Shown here one piece after another: positions 11,798 to 24,898 of a DNA stretch of 64,000 nucleotides (position 1 is its first letter; every line of letters starts with the position of its first letter). The notes under the pieces are model-generated. The model ran no database searches, was not told where the DNA came from, and saw nothing but the letters and a program-made list of their open reading frames with translations. The DNA is from Macrostomum lignano (Eukaryota): the NCBI GenBank assembly GCA_002269645.1, contig NIVC01002447.1:124001-188000 (forward strand), written 5' to 3'. The translations under genes and the position numbers were made by a program.

Positions 11798-12544
11798 TCA
11801 GGACTTCCCTCAGGATTTTAAGCTTGTTTGCCTGCTTCTTGTTTGTAACACGGGGACTCTCAGCTACGCTCGTAGTTTGCTCGGTGCAGGGCCATGGGAT
11901 AGGTGTTCTCGGAGCTAAGGCACCCTCTTGTTGGTGTATACCGCCAGGCAGTTTTACTACCCAGTCCTATTAGCCGGTTTGAGGCGAAGCAAGCTATGAT
12001 GCTCGCCTTTCTCCGTTTCAATCCTTCACCATGAGTCATTTATTTGTCCTCAGAGCCTCTATTAGTCTGACGTAAGCCAAGTCTTTCTTATTCTCTGAAC
12101 AAATGGGGAATGGGCATTAAACTATAAGTCTACCGCAAATACCGTGCTCCATGGTTTAGACTTTGGGACTTCGAAAAGGTGGGCGGATGGCTGTCAATTC
12201 AAGCTTGAATGAGCAGAGTTAATTTATGGTCACTGTCATCAAGCCGGCCTTTTTTCCTTATGCGCATTGATTGTGACTAGTTGTGGAGCGTTACACATAA
12301 GCCAACCCTATAGAGTAACTTTTTTCAATTTAGGCCTACTGGTACGATTGAAAACCAGACTATAGTCTAAATAACTGACTGGCTTGCATCGTGATAAAAA
12401 TCTATTTACAAAAGCTCACCTTAAAAGTCACGTATCATTATCTTTTGTCAGTCTTTTTCAGTTCCAACTTTTGGCCTATTGTTTCGTTTTGTATAGCGAT
12501 AAATACAGCACGCAAAGAACTCACTATGACTTAGCTTGCAAATT

Positions 12545-13620
12545 AACTTCAATCACTTGCTCACACTCACTCACTCGCTCACTCACACTCACTCACTCAC
12601 TCACTCACTCACTCACTCACTCGCTCACTCACTCACTCACTCACTCGCTCACACTCACTCACTCACTCACTCGCTCACTCACTCGCTCACACTCACTCAC
12701 TCACTCACTCACACTCACTCACTCACTCACTCACTCACTCACTCGCTCACTCACTCACTCACTCACTCGCTCACACTCACTCACTCACTCACTCGCTCAC
12801 TCACTCGCTCACACTCACTCACTCACTCACTCACTCACTCACTCACTCGCTCGCTCACTCACTCACTCGCTCGCTCACTCACTCACTCACTCACTCGCTC
12901 ACACTCACTCACTCGCTCACTCACTCGCTCACACTCACTCGCTCACACTTACTCACTTGCTCACACTCACTCACTCACTCACTCACTCACTCACTCGCTC
13001 ACTCACTCACTCGCTCACACTCACTCACTCACATTCACTCGCTCACACTCAATCACTCACCCACTCACTCACTCGCTCACACTCACTCACTTGCTCACAC
13101 TCACTCACTCACTCACTCACACTCACTCACTCGCTCACACTCAATCACTCACTCACTCACTCGCTCACTCACTCACTCACTCACTCGCTCACACTCACTC
13201 ACTTGCTCACACTCACTCACTCACTCGCTCACACTTACTCACTTGCTCACACTCACTCACTCACTCACTCACTCACTCGCTCACTCACTCGCTCACACTC
13301 ACTCACTCGCTCACACTCACTCACTCACTCGCTCACATTCACTCGCTCACACTCACTCACTCACACTCAATCACTCACTCACCCACTCACTCACTCGCTC
13401 ACACTCACTCACTTGCTCACACTCACTCACTCACTCACACTCACTCACTCGCTCACACTCAATCACCCACTCACTCACTCACTCACTCACTTGCTCACTT
13501 GCTCACTCACTCTCACTCGCTCACACTCACTCACTCACTCGCTCACACTCACTCACTCACTCGCTCACACTCACTCACTCTCACTCGCTCACACTCACTC
13601 ACTCACTCGCTCACACTCGC
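12545..13620. repeat. (ACTC)n-based satellite with GCTC/ACAC variants
   Basis: Visible tandem array of about 1.1 kb between the two genes of the Tc1-like element. Confidence 0.95.
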
Positions 13621-13947
13621 TGAACTGGAAACCCTTGTCGGTGCACACTATATTGTCCCCTCCATTGTCATTTTGCTCACTACTTATTTCGTAATTAACA
13701 TTGTAAACTGCAATAAAAAAATGCAAATTTTTCACTTTGCTGGAATTAATGAATTTTTTACATTTTCAATGAGTGCCATGCTACTGAGTAAAACCCAGTA
13801 CCAGTATATTTTTGTAATGGACCAATGTAAATTTATATACAGTTGCGATGCGCTTGCAAATACAAAATCATACGAAATCGGTCTTAAGAGTCAACAGCAA
13901 AAAAGCTTGGAAACAGCAGAGAGCTAAATTGCATTGGAAATGGTTCT

Positions 13948-15594
13948 CTAAATCCGACAAAAGAGGCATCGTCGCTTAAGCTGGCATTCTCTTGCATCAC
14001 TGAGCAGTTGGCGCGCCTCCTCATTAATCGCGTCAGCAATGTCTTCCCGCTTGGTTCCTGGAAAGCGCGCCAGTGTCAGTTCAGCAATGTTGTCAAATAT
14101 GTGCTTCGGGTAGGATGTCTTGCCCTCTGCACGCACATTGCCAACCGTCATTTTAAACCTGACAAAGCCTGGGACCGAGAGGCGTGATAGCAGCTTGCTG
14201 AAATATTTTGCACTTCCGCTTTTAACACGGAGCTTATGTAGAAGCTCGAGATTCGAATTCTCAAAGAAGTCAATTGGCGAGTGCTGATCTTCAAACTTGT
14301 CGAACTTTGCCAGAGTTTAGCACCTGTCGTCGAATTGTGACACGGCGGAAATCTTCGGCGCTGCCGGCATTGTCGGCGTTGTCGGCACTGCCAGCGTTGT
14401 CGGCGCTGCTGGCGTTGTCGGCGCTGCCGGCGTTGTTGGCGCTGCCGGCGTTGTCGGCGCTGCCGGCGTTGTCGGCGCTGCCGGCGTTGTCGGTGCTGCC
14501 GGCGTTGTCGGTGCTGCCGGCGTTGTCGGCGCTGCTGGCGTTGTCGGCGCTGCCAGCGTTGTTGGCGCTGCCGGCGTTGTCGGCGCTGCCGGCATTGTCG
14601 GCGTTGTCAGTTGGTGTTGAAGTGGGTGAATAATTTGAAGCTCCAGAAACTCCAGCCTGGAACTCATTTCGCGGAGTCTCTTCTCTAGTACTTCTTCCAT
14701 TCGCTGCATTCTTTCATCAATGCTTTTTAAACGATCAGCAATCAGATTGTGCATGATGTTGCCATCGTCTTGTCTGGACTGATTGAACGACATGATCTTT
14801 TCAACGCTCTTCAGAACTCGGTCCAGACGGCTGTTGTCTATCATCTCCTTTGTGCAAGGGTCGCTCACAGCTGCTGCTGAAGCCTGGGCGATTTGGGCCT
14901 GTTGGCAAGTCGATAATTCAACAAGCCTGACTACAGTGGCAGAACTGGATAAATTACATGTACGAGTAGAACACGCGGTAGCCCGTTTTAACAGCTTGGC
15001 AGCCGCTGATTTTGCGACAGTTGCTTGCTTTAGCTTTCGAGTATTTGTGCCTGTGCCAGGTTTAGAAGAGCTTCCAGATTGAGATTTTTCCTTGGGTACG
15101 GTAGTCTCTGGCACAGAGACGTCAAGGAAGCCACCACTCGCTTCTTCGTTAGTCTCCTTTTGCCTCAGCTTCTCCTCCTCGATGGCTCGATATCGTGTGG
15201 ACTGACCGAATTCATAGCTTAGTTGGCGCAGATCACTTTGATTATCTGAAGAGGAAAGGCATGTATGCAATTAAGTGCCTGCTAAAATATTTAGATTTCT
15301 TATGTGCATAGAGGTACGTAAAGGAAATATTCATTGAAGGTATAAAATAATTTAGACAGAATCTATAGATATATTCTATTGTATATACATGTATATACAA
15401 TACATACCTGACACATGAAGAACTTCAACCAAGTGCTCGCATCTCTCGTATTCAATGTTAACTTTAGCACCAACAGAGGGAGTTGAAGCCTTCCACGAAA
15501 CGATATCTATCAGGCCATCCGCATCGAACAAAACCATAAGCCAAACGGGCACTTGCCTCGGAGATCTATTTCTGCTTCTGCGCTCAGTACTCAT
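13948..15594 (-). pseudogene. BEN-domain protein gene (exon 1 15594-15408, exon 2 15245-13948; one in-frame TAA at 14319-14317)
   Basis: Phase-consistent splice HVS-D-NQSDL (gtatgt donor, ttcctcttcag acceptor). N-terminal beta-rich WLMVLFD..IDIVSW...VGAKVNIEY domain, coiled coil, (PAAPTT)n linker, then SAKYFSKLLSRL...VGNVRAEGKTSYPKHIFDNIAELTLARFPGTKREDIADAINEEARQ, which fits the BEN pattern by eye. Confidence 0.7.
14360..14610. repeat. 18-bp coding tandem repeat (PAAPTT)n
   Basis: gttgtcggcgctgccggc units. Confidence 0.9.
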
Positions 15595-15860
15595 TGATGT
15601 TATTTAACAAAATCTCAAAATTCTAATTTAAAAGTAATTGTATGACGATTACGAGAATCTTAGTATACAACGTATTAGGCAACAATTTTCACTGCTTTGA
15701 GACGATTTATATAACTATACTTCGAAATATATCAAGCAAATCTCTGTGAGCTTGTATGAGTCTTGCACCCTTCATTTCGCACACCATGCATGCACCAACC
15801 CCAATTGTCCCCATCCCCAAGGGGTTTTCTCTCTCGATTCAGCCTACAAGCTCAATAAAC

Positions 15861-15954
15861 GCTCAGCCAATGGAGAGAGAGAGTTACACACAGATTCTCG
15901 CGAAATCTCGCGAGGGTCTCGCGAGATTTGAGCCTTTCCTCGCGAACCCAACTG
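15861..15954 (-). repeat. Right TIR of the Tc1-like element
   Basis: Inverse of the left TIR; four TCGCGA cores at 15896-15905, 15906-15915, 15917-15926 and 15938-15947. Confidence 0.9.
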
Positions 15955-18900
15955 TATTCAACCCAGAGCAATGAAGAACGCAAGCAGCTGGGCTACTTTA
16001 TCAATGTACACAGAGGGCACCGACTAGTCGACCTAAAACTTGATAAAACTTGAACATTCTAAATATTTTTTAGAATGAATTTATAAAAGTTTAGAAAATA
16101 TTTACATTAAAAGTTATAATTCTAAAAAAGTTCAATTTTCAAACACACAATTCTCCAAAACTTAGATCAAATTAACACTAGTTACTTAGGAGATTAACAA
16201 ATCAACCTCCTGTTACCTCTGATGGTAATTTTTTGCAGTTTTTTTGCTTTATTATCAGTTTGGACCGCCTCTAAGACTCTGGCAAAAGTTTAAAAAAAAT
16301 GGAAATTGGAAGTATTTTAATGTACCTAAAGTTCAAGAAGGCCCTTCAAACCCCCTTTCTGGCTTTCTCTATGCCCTAGTCACCTGTGGTTAACTTTGAG
16401 CTACAAAAAATGAAGCTCAAATTTAAAATCCACTATCAATCGTAGTGGGCTGTGGGCACAGAGGGCCTTCCAGCTATCAATATATTGGCTGAAATGAGAA
16501 AGAAAATCGAAAAATAATTAAACGCAGTAAAGTAAAAGATTGCCAAAAACCAAAACTGAAAATCAAAACTGCAACTATTTTATTTACCTGAAGTCCAGGC
16601 CGGCATATAACTAGGGCCTAGTCTAAACAGTGTAGCCATAAGTGCCAAACAGCTGGAAAGCTATTTAACACAAAAACAGAAGTGATAAAAGACTCACATA
16701 GCTGCAGTCCTCTGAGATGAAAATAAAGGAAAATGCCGGAGTATATAGGCTTGTCCTACTAAAGTGGACATTCGGGAAATAAATTCATAAGAGTATAAGA
16801 CCGATATTTATTCGGATCTTCCAATAACACGTCCGGGCTGGTCAGACCAGAGCAGCGTTATACGCAAAACATACGCAAAACATACGAAAAACACTTTCAT
16901 TTAATTTTATTAGTGTATTAAAAAAGATTACATTTTAAACAATTATTTATAAAAAGCATATCTAATTGTTTTTAAAACAAGTAAATGTTAAAGTTTAAAA
17001 ACATTGAGGTTTTATTAATATTAAATTTTTGTCCATGAGACATCTGTATACTTTGAATTAATATCACACGCTGTAGCGGTACTAGAGCTAAAAGAAAACA
17101 AGACATACTAGAACTAGATACTAAACTTTAATAAGTGAATTTGCTAACAGCAGTCGTCTCAAGCCTTATATTATTACTATATTACCACGTACAACTAATA
17201 AGTACATCGATTATTTTTTTCGTGTACGACTCTGCACCCAAATAAAGCTGACTAACTATATAAACCTCGATCTCAAGCCCAAGACCAAGGACCTTGTATA
17301 TATACGTCAGTGGTCTTTGCCAAAAAATTGCAGCCCAGTCGGAAGACTGCTGAAAAGAAAACGGATTAATTAATTATATTCAATAATTTTACTGGTAGCT
17401 CGTACGTATATAGGAGTTATTAGAAATCTGAAAGATAGATAGAGAAGGACAACGAATGAGCCAGAGCTAAAAATAGACACAGGAGAAGGTTCAATGGGCA
17501 CTAGCAGGAGTGATAAGAAAGGCCCCACCCAGTCAAGGCCATATTGCAGCGAGAAATCCGGCCTGAACTGCAAGTACATGTAAGAACTGGCCATGAAGAA
17601 CCGCGCAGTCCAGAGGAAACGAGATCGTTTCGAACTCCGTCATGGCAACGGCAGGAAGGTGAGAGGGGGCCTTTTCATATTGCTTGTTCTGGTTCCAGAA
17701 CCAGAACTAATTTGTGAAGTATAACTTTTTGTCTCTATAACTAGAGGAAGATACATGCTATAAAGTTTTTTATTATTGAATGACAATCGCCAAGAAGAAA
17801 GTGAAAAATTGTGCTAAGTGAGGTTGTTAAGGCAGTCAAACATTCAACAGAATTAAATAGTTATACTGCTGTTTTTCTTGGAAGATCCGAACCGATTCTG
17901 ATTCTGGAATTGGTAATATGAAAAGCCTCAGGGACCCGCGGCCGGACGGCCTGGACGGTTTGGAGTAGGCCCGGACCTTGCACGAGGAGATGACCGGAAG
18001 AGGCCGATGAGGAAAAAGACCTATAACGTACAGGAAGGGAACAGAAATGGGGGACTGCATGGGATTAACATGGGGCTGGCCACTCCAGACTAAATAAAAG
18101 GAGGAGCGGAGCGCGATTTTGCTCCCTATGCTCCTCTCCCTCCTAGGCTAGGCTCGCTTTCGATGCGAATTAAAACCTAGCTCGTATTAACAAGCACCTT
18201 GTGTTAAACAACTCAATTCACTTAAGACCGGCCATTTAGCGCTCAGACATGGCTAGAGTCGAACAACAGGGTTTACATGTATAGTTATAATCTTAAATGA
18301 ATTCGCGTAATAAATGATATTTTCAAATAACCTCAAAAATAAGGCAATGCTTCTCCTACGGCTGAACATTTAAACTGCATGAAATTACGCCTTACGCTAA
18401 TTTGCTCATTTTCGTTATAACATTATAGCTACAGCAAAAGCGAATATTTACTGTACATGTACAATGAACTCATATTTTGCATCAATATAACAATATAACA
18501 ATATATAACACATCAATTAGGTACATGTGGCACTGACATACAGAGCACTCATGCTAAGCACTCTTGAGTGGGTCGAATTTTACTGTGTTAGCTAACTATT
18601 TGAAAGATTTGACACTCCGAGCAGAGTTCATGCAGCAAAAGCAATGTGCAATTTGCGTGTATGTTCCGCTTCAGCAAGTCTCTCCCGGTAAGTGTATCCA
18701 GCGACAAACCATACAGCACTGGTGCTACTGCACAAAAGTACAAGTACATCTCGGCATCGCGCACTCGTCTTTCTCGAGCGAGACGGATTGGCCACAAATC
18801 CCGGGTCATCTGTGATCTCGCAGTTCTAGTCTGGAGTGGCGGGCAGTTTATGCATGTGATTTTTTCATTTATATTGAACGTCATGCCAGCGTCAAGGCCA

Positions 18901-19260
18901 GTTGATTCTATTTAGTCTGTCCAACAATGCAGTTAATCAGATTTTCCGAGGCTGCGATTGACAGCGACATCTACAAAATAAATCGCACAGCCGAAGGTAT
19001 TGCATACTCGTGGGTTTTTTATGATTTTTTTACAGAACTCCAAAAATCAGTTCAATCAGGACAGACCAACATGAAGACTGTATTACCGATTCAGCAGTGA
19101 CACAACATTCAGCTAGGAAACAGAACAACAGTGATGATGCAACAACACGAAAAGTCATAAGTTATGCAATAATATTAATTTAAAACAGGGAAATGTTTTT
19201 GAGGACCTGCAATTCTGGGAAAAGAAGAGAAAGTTGCTGGAGAATGCGTGCAGCCGGCTC

Positions 19261-22208
19261 TCAGCTGCCACCGCCTCCCTGAGCATTGGGATCCTGGGCG
19301 CTCATTACCATGAACACCAGCACCACCGGCACGATGTACATCCAGTACTTCATCACCAATGGCCGATTGTCGCCCTGCTCAGCCTCATGCTTGCGCTTCT
19401 TCTCCTCTTCTACTCTGGCGATGTAGATTTGAGTCTCCGGGCTGCCGGAAGGGAAGGGGCAGGGCAGTGCAATGGCTTTCAAATTCTTAATTACAGTCTT
19501 CAAAACCTCGATATTATGTACCGCTTCAAGATAGCGGAAGTGACTAGCGAGAAAAGTTCTGGGGGCTGCCGGATTCCACGAAGTAATGCCCTGAGCCAGG
19601 CTTTTTATTTGGTCCTCATCCATTCATCGGGCCTCCCTTTTCTAAGAAACCATAACGTTGAAAACAAAGTTTAATGTCCCCATCCAGAGTTACTGCGGCA
19701 GTAATCTTTACTTAATAAGTACAAATACAGTGATGCATTTTTTCTAGAATGGAAGGCATAAACTTATGTATGTCAGATCAAGAAATATGTCACTTTAAGT
19801 CTTACCAGTCACTTCAGCTAGCTACTCTACAATTATATAGATCCCATTATTCTCATCAATGCCGCCCAGCTACTCACGCGGGTCCCTGGACAGGCCTCAG
19901 TGCGGCAGCGTGCGAGATGAAGACCCTCGGCAAACTCGCGGGCGACAGGTGCCCGGACTTCACCGTGCAGGATTCGAAGGCGGCCTTTGATGAGTCGGTC
20001 AGGCTGAGATGGAGGCCAACCAGACTGCCGTGACTGTTGAATGCAAGCGTCAGGTTGTCGCGAAGGCCGCTGTGCAGCAGGTCGCACTGGAGGATTGGTT
20101 CGGAGTTTGCGGAAGCTTTCAGATTGCTGAGAAACATTTCGTGTTTCACTGGAAGATACGAAGTTTTGAGGGCACGGCGAATCAACTGAGGATCTGGGAA
20201 GCTGGCAGTGACAGACCAGCCTGAGGATCTGGGAGGCTGGCAGTGACAGACCAGCCTGGGGATCTGGGAAGCTGGCAGTGACAGACCAGCCTGGGGATCT
20301 GGGAGGCTGGCAGTGACAGACCAGCCTGGGGATCTGGGAAGCTGGCAGTGACAGACCAGCCTGAGGATCTGGGAAGCTGGCAGTGACAGACCAGCCTGAG
20401 GATCTGGGAAGCTGGCAGTGACAGACCAGCCTGAGGATCTGGGAAGCTGGCAGTGACAGACCAGCCTGAGGATCTGGGAGGCTGGCAGTGACAGACCAGC
20501 CTGGGGATCTGGGAAGCTGGCAGTGACAGACCAGCCTGAGGATCTGGGAAGCTGGCAGTGACAGACCAGCCTGAGGATCTGGGAGGCTGGCAGTGACAGA
20601 CCAGCCTGGGGATCTGGGAGGCTGGCAGTGGTGGACGAGCCTGAGGATGAGGATCTGAGAGGGTGGCAGTGACGGCCGAGCCTGAGGATCTGAGAGGGTG
20701 GCAGTGGCGGATCAGCCTGAGGATCTGAGAGTGTGGCAGTGGCGGATCAGCCTGAGGATCTGAGAGGGTGGCAGTGACGGCCGAGCCTGAGGATCTGAGA
20801 GGGTGGCAGTGGCGGATCAGCCTGAGGATCTGAGAGTGTGGCAGTGGCGGATCAGCCTGAGGATCTGAGAGGGTGGCAGTGACGGCCGAGCCTGAGGATC
20901 TGAGAGGGTGGCAGTGACGGCCGAGCCTGAGGATCTGAGAGGGTGGCAGTGGCGGATCAGCCTGAGGATCTGAGAGTGTGGCAGTGGCGGATCAGCCTGA
21001 GGATCTGAGAGTGTGGCAGTGGCGGATCAGCCTGAGGATCTGAGAGGGTGGCAGTGACGGCCGAGCCTGAGGATCTGAGAGGGTGGCAGTGGCGGATCAG
21101 CCTGAGGATCTGAGAGTGTGGCAGTGGCGGATCAGCCTGAGGATCTGAGAGGGTTGCAGTGACGGCCGAGCCTGAGGATCTGAGAGGGTGGCAGTGGCGG
21201 ATCAGCCTGAGGATCTGAGAGTGTGGCAGTGGCGGATCAGCCTGAGGATCTGAGAGGGTGGCAGTGACGGCCGAGCCTGAGGATCTGAGAGGGTGGCAGT
21301 GGCGGATCAGCCTGAGGATCTGAGAGTGTGGCAGTGGCGGATCAGCCTGAGGATCTGAGAGGGTTGCAGTGACGGCCGAGCCTGAGGATCTGAGAGGGTG
21401 GCAGTGGCGGATCGGCCTGAGGATTCAGGAGGGTGGCAAATCATCTAGTGTGGGTAAAAAGCAATTCAACAGGGTTTGAAAAAGCGGCATTATAAAAGCC
21501 TAGCTCCTGAGGACTTGTAAGTAGTATCAAAGCGATGCTTTATGGCATAGTTTTAACCGAGCAAAGCTGCTGAGAAGTGCAGATGTGCAATTGGGATATT
21601 TATTAGTCCAGCTGAACTTCCGGCTGCACCGTTAGCTTGCTGTTTTTTTAACCTGTAGGCTCTGACCTGTCAGCCGACATGCATCCAGCAACAATGGTTT
21701 GCTTGCAGATGCATTCCAGCAAGAATTGAATAAACCAGGCGTCAAAAAAAAATCAATGTAGCCAGTTATCTGCTAGCCACTCACCGCATAGACAAAGCCA
21801 TAGACATATTCGACCTTGTTGCCAACTTTAAACAGCACCCTGGCTCGGTAGATGTCCCTGGCCTCGGCCAGTTTCTACAGTAAATAAAGATAATCAAGTC
21901 ATCTCTTAAATCATCCTACTTAGAGATAATGTATAGCAGTAGCATGATGCAGGAAAATTTACAATTAGAGACAGCACATCTTCGTCAGTTAGTGGAGCCT
22001 CGTCTCTGTACAGAACATGTTCGCTGGAGTAGGAGTGCACTGACAGAATGCCACGCTTCGTGAATTTTCCTGTTGATGTGGAGACAGAGCAGCTTGCATA
22101 CATATTTGCATACTGATAAAGAATTCAGCAGGTAAAATTCTCAACAAACTTACCCTTAACAAGTTCGTGCTCTAAAGTGAACTGCAAAACCTGACCAAAT
22201 TCATCATC
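19261..22208 (-). CDS. EMC10: ER membrane protein complex subunit 10 (exons 22208-22154, 22069-21963, 21874-21785, 20086-19878, 19441-19261; signal-peptide exon not found)
   Basis: All GT-AG with consistent phases: FTLEHELVK-G-KFTKRG, IYRARV...YVYGFVYA|CDLLHSGLRDNLTL, GPAPETQ, DNRPLVMKYWMYIVPVVLVFMVMS...GGGGS (human KYWMYIIPVVLFLMMS). Confidence 0.93.
20184..21425. repeat. 35-bp minisatellite in an EMC10 intron, two sub-arrays
   Basis: Unit A gaggatctgggaagctggcagtgacagaccagcct to about 20630; unit B gaggatctgagagggtggcagtgacggccgagcct and variants thereafter. Confidence 0.95.
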
Positions 22209-24047
22209 CTGTATGAAGAATACAAGGTGTTTGCAATGCTTAGTGTCTGTTTAATGGAAAATTACATTGGGAAATAAAATACCGAAGTTGGATGACCCTG
22301 GAAGCTGGATAGAGAAAGCTAGGAATGATCCCTATATGGAGTATCCTAGGGATGATTCTAGGATCTGGATAAGGAAGCCAAATGATCCTAGGATTTGGAT
22401 TGGGAAGTTAGATGATCCTATGATTCAGAACCTAAAAAAATTCTAAGATCTAAATAAATAAGCTAAATGATTCTAGGTTAATCTAGGATCTAGATTTAAA
22501 AGAAATATTATGATTATAAGGATACTATAGTAAAGTTAGGCCTAAAATATTAGTGTGCTATCAGTCAGTTTCTTTAAAAAATAGTTTGTTTTGCAAAAAG
22601 CTTTTGTCTTGACTCTTAAGTTTGCAAGAAAAATACAAACTTTGCTGCCATGCTAGATATCAGGAAAAATACTTTAGCCAAAGCCAACTGAGCACAAGCC
22701 ATTTCTACAGCTTAGGCTATGCTACAAACAAAAACAAAACTAAAAAGACCTGCTAGCTATTGGGAAGATTTATAAACTCACAAATAATCTTCCTCCACAA
22801 CCAACATGAAATCACTTGACAACACCCTATGTGTACCATGCTGTTGCCACCCAACTTACACCAATTGAATATGTTGTACCAGACCTCTTGAAACTTTCAT
22901 GTTATTCCCTTTTGCTACATCTCTTTTTTGCATGTTCCTGCCTATGTTTATGGTCAAATACTAGTGCAATTGCTACTGTATTACGCATCTATTCATATGC
23001 TATAGATACTTTAATTTTAAACAATAATGCTTACCTTAATCTTTGTTTTAAATGCCTAATTTTTACTTGTTTTCTTTTAGAAATTATCTTTCATTTTTAA
23101 ATGCCTAATATAATAATATTGCTAACAATCTTTACATTGAATATTTGATATTGACTAATCAATACCTATATACTTATTTTAATCACCTATTATATGAATT
23201 TCTCTCTATCAAGTTCATATATTACTTGTTTTATAATTCCCTATTTAAATACTTTTTCAATTCATTAGTTGCTAAATTTTGTTCAAAGATTTAAAGATTT
23301 ATTGCCAATCTTTTTAATACTATATTTTTCTAAAACTTATACCAAATGTACCCTCTTGGCCTCCTTTTGAATACTATTAAATGCATTGAATTACATTAAC
23401 CAAACAGGCTTTTTGCCTAAGCTAAACTTACTATTACTACTATTTAGATCTAGAGTAGGGACTAATTTAAGTTGATGGTCCATATAATATATCCAACAAG
23501 CTTTCATTGGTATCATAGATTTAGTACTTTAGTTAGTATATAATAGGTGGGCTTTATAGCAACTAAGCTAATATGTATCAATATATACTTAGCAGATATA
23601 TAAAAAAATAAATAACGCATAGGCAAATAAACAATAAAAGTCAAGATCAAAGTGGTTAAAATATATTGAAGGTTGAAATGGGTTCAAATGGAAGAAAGTT
23701 AGGATATAACCTTTTAGTAAAATAACTTTTAGCTAAAAAGTTTTTGACAAAGCATCTAACTCTGTATGATTATAACAGTTAGTAACAATTTACTATTAAA
23801 TAATTAATATGATTATACCCATCTACCCCTGCCCTATCTTCAATGCCTTGCTCCAACCTGACCTACCTACTTTGCCTTGCCTTGCCCTAGGCTAAATTTG
23901 CCTTGAATTTTTAGTGAAAAAAACAATATTCCTGACTATCTTGAATCATAGGTCTAAAAATTTTCATTGCAAACAAACTAATCAAATTGGTGACAAAATG
24001 AATTTGTATGAATATTAGTAGATAAAAAGATGGCAAATATAGTCAGA

Positions 24048-24197
24048 CAAGCTGTTGAAACCCGCGGATTTTGAACCCGGGGAATTCCAATCCCCGGAAC
24101 TACTTTTGCCTATATTCTGAAATCTAAGGCCATACCCCATACACAAACAAATTAATAGTTAGTAGGATAGAGGTAGACATAAAATGGAGCACATTCG
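24048..24197 (+). repeat. Dispersed repeat, copy 2 (see 691-841)
   Basis: Direct nucleotide similarity to 691-841. Confidence 0.7.
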
Positions 24198-24831
24198 TGT
24201 AAAATTAGGGTTTGAGGCAAACATTTATACTGTTTGCTGGAATGCTGGGGTACTCCACAGAATGCCAGGCAATGTCTGTCTGACTCTAAAACATGTATTG
24301 GCAAACTCTGGCCTCTCCCTGACTCTCCCTATGTCCCTTGGATCCTTTAAAATTTCTATCGTCTCTTTTGTTTCCTTTCTTCTCTCTCATCCCTTGTCTC
24401 TTGTCTCTCCTCTCTCTTCTCTTGTATCTTCCCTCATCTCTCTTATCTCATCTCTTCCCTATTCTTTTCTCTCTCCTCTCCTCTCTCCTTTCTACTTTTC
24501 ATTTTCTCTCTGCTCTCCTCTCTCCTCTACTCTTTCATTTTCTCCCTCCTCTCCTCTCTCCTCTCTCCCCCTCTTCTCTCGTCTCTTCCTTCTCCTCTCT
24601 ATTCTTTTCTCTCTTCTCTTAACTCTTTCCTCTCTCTCTCATCTCTCCCCTCTTCTCTCGTCTCTTCCCTCACCTCTTTCCTCTCATCTCTTTTCTTGTT
24701 TTATATCTTCTCTCTCCCCTCATCCCTCGTCTCTTCCCTCACCTGTCTTCTCTCTCGTCTGCTCTTTCATCTCTCCTTTCTCTTCTTTTATCTTTTCTCT
24801 CTTATCTCTTCTTGTTTCTATATGCTCTGCA

Positions 24832-24898
<67 letters not shown>

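Larger units (their letters stand above)
10235..15954 (+). mobile_element. Full-length Tc1/IS630-superfamily DNA transposon (5.7 kb) carrying transposase plus a BEN-domain gene
   Basis: TA|CAGTTGGGTTCGCGAGGAAAGGCTCA at 10233 and its reverse complement ending CCCAACTG|TA at 15956; TA duplication on both sides; DDE transposase inside. Confidence 0.9.
9760..16053 (+). pseudogene. Unknown gene (exon about 9760-10201 plus exon 15967-16053) whose short intron is interrupted by the Tc1-like element
   Basis: ORFs 9752-10090 and 10094-10201 share a frame with one TGA. Donor cag|gtgagt at 10202 and acceptor cccag|agc at 15966, phase 0 continuing as SNEERKQLGYFINVHRGHRLVDL. LPYYKEFMEALLG weakly recalls the end of a trihelix/Myb-like domain. 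Confidence 0.4.

Noticed and set aside
10407-12128. Weak inverted similarity between 10407-10480 and 12049-12128 as TIRs of a short Tc1
   Set aside because: Far more degenerate than the TA-flanked TIR pair at 10235/15954; at most a relic of an ancestral shorter unit
12384-13927. Long ORFs of 436 and 463 aa (THSL repeats)
   Set aside because: Translations of the (ACTC)n satellite, which lacks stop codons
17072-18433. LTR-like segment (TGTAGC...GCTACA, TATA at about 17257, AATAAA at about 18093)
   Set aside because: No target-site duplication and no second copy; may still be a repeat but cannot be supported
18564-18915. Overlapping short ORFs with a possible gtaagt donor at about 18688
   Set aside because: No consistent exon chain or homology recognised
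20184-21425. Regular repeat arrays as possible CRISPR (also 39.2, 43.7, 45.8 and 49.9 kb)
   Set aside because: Head-to-tail units with no unique spacers, no cas genes, eukaryotic context
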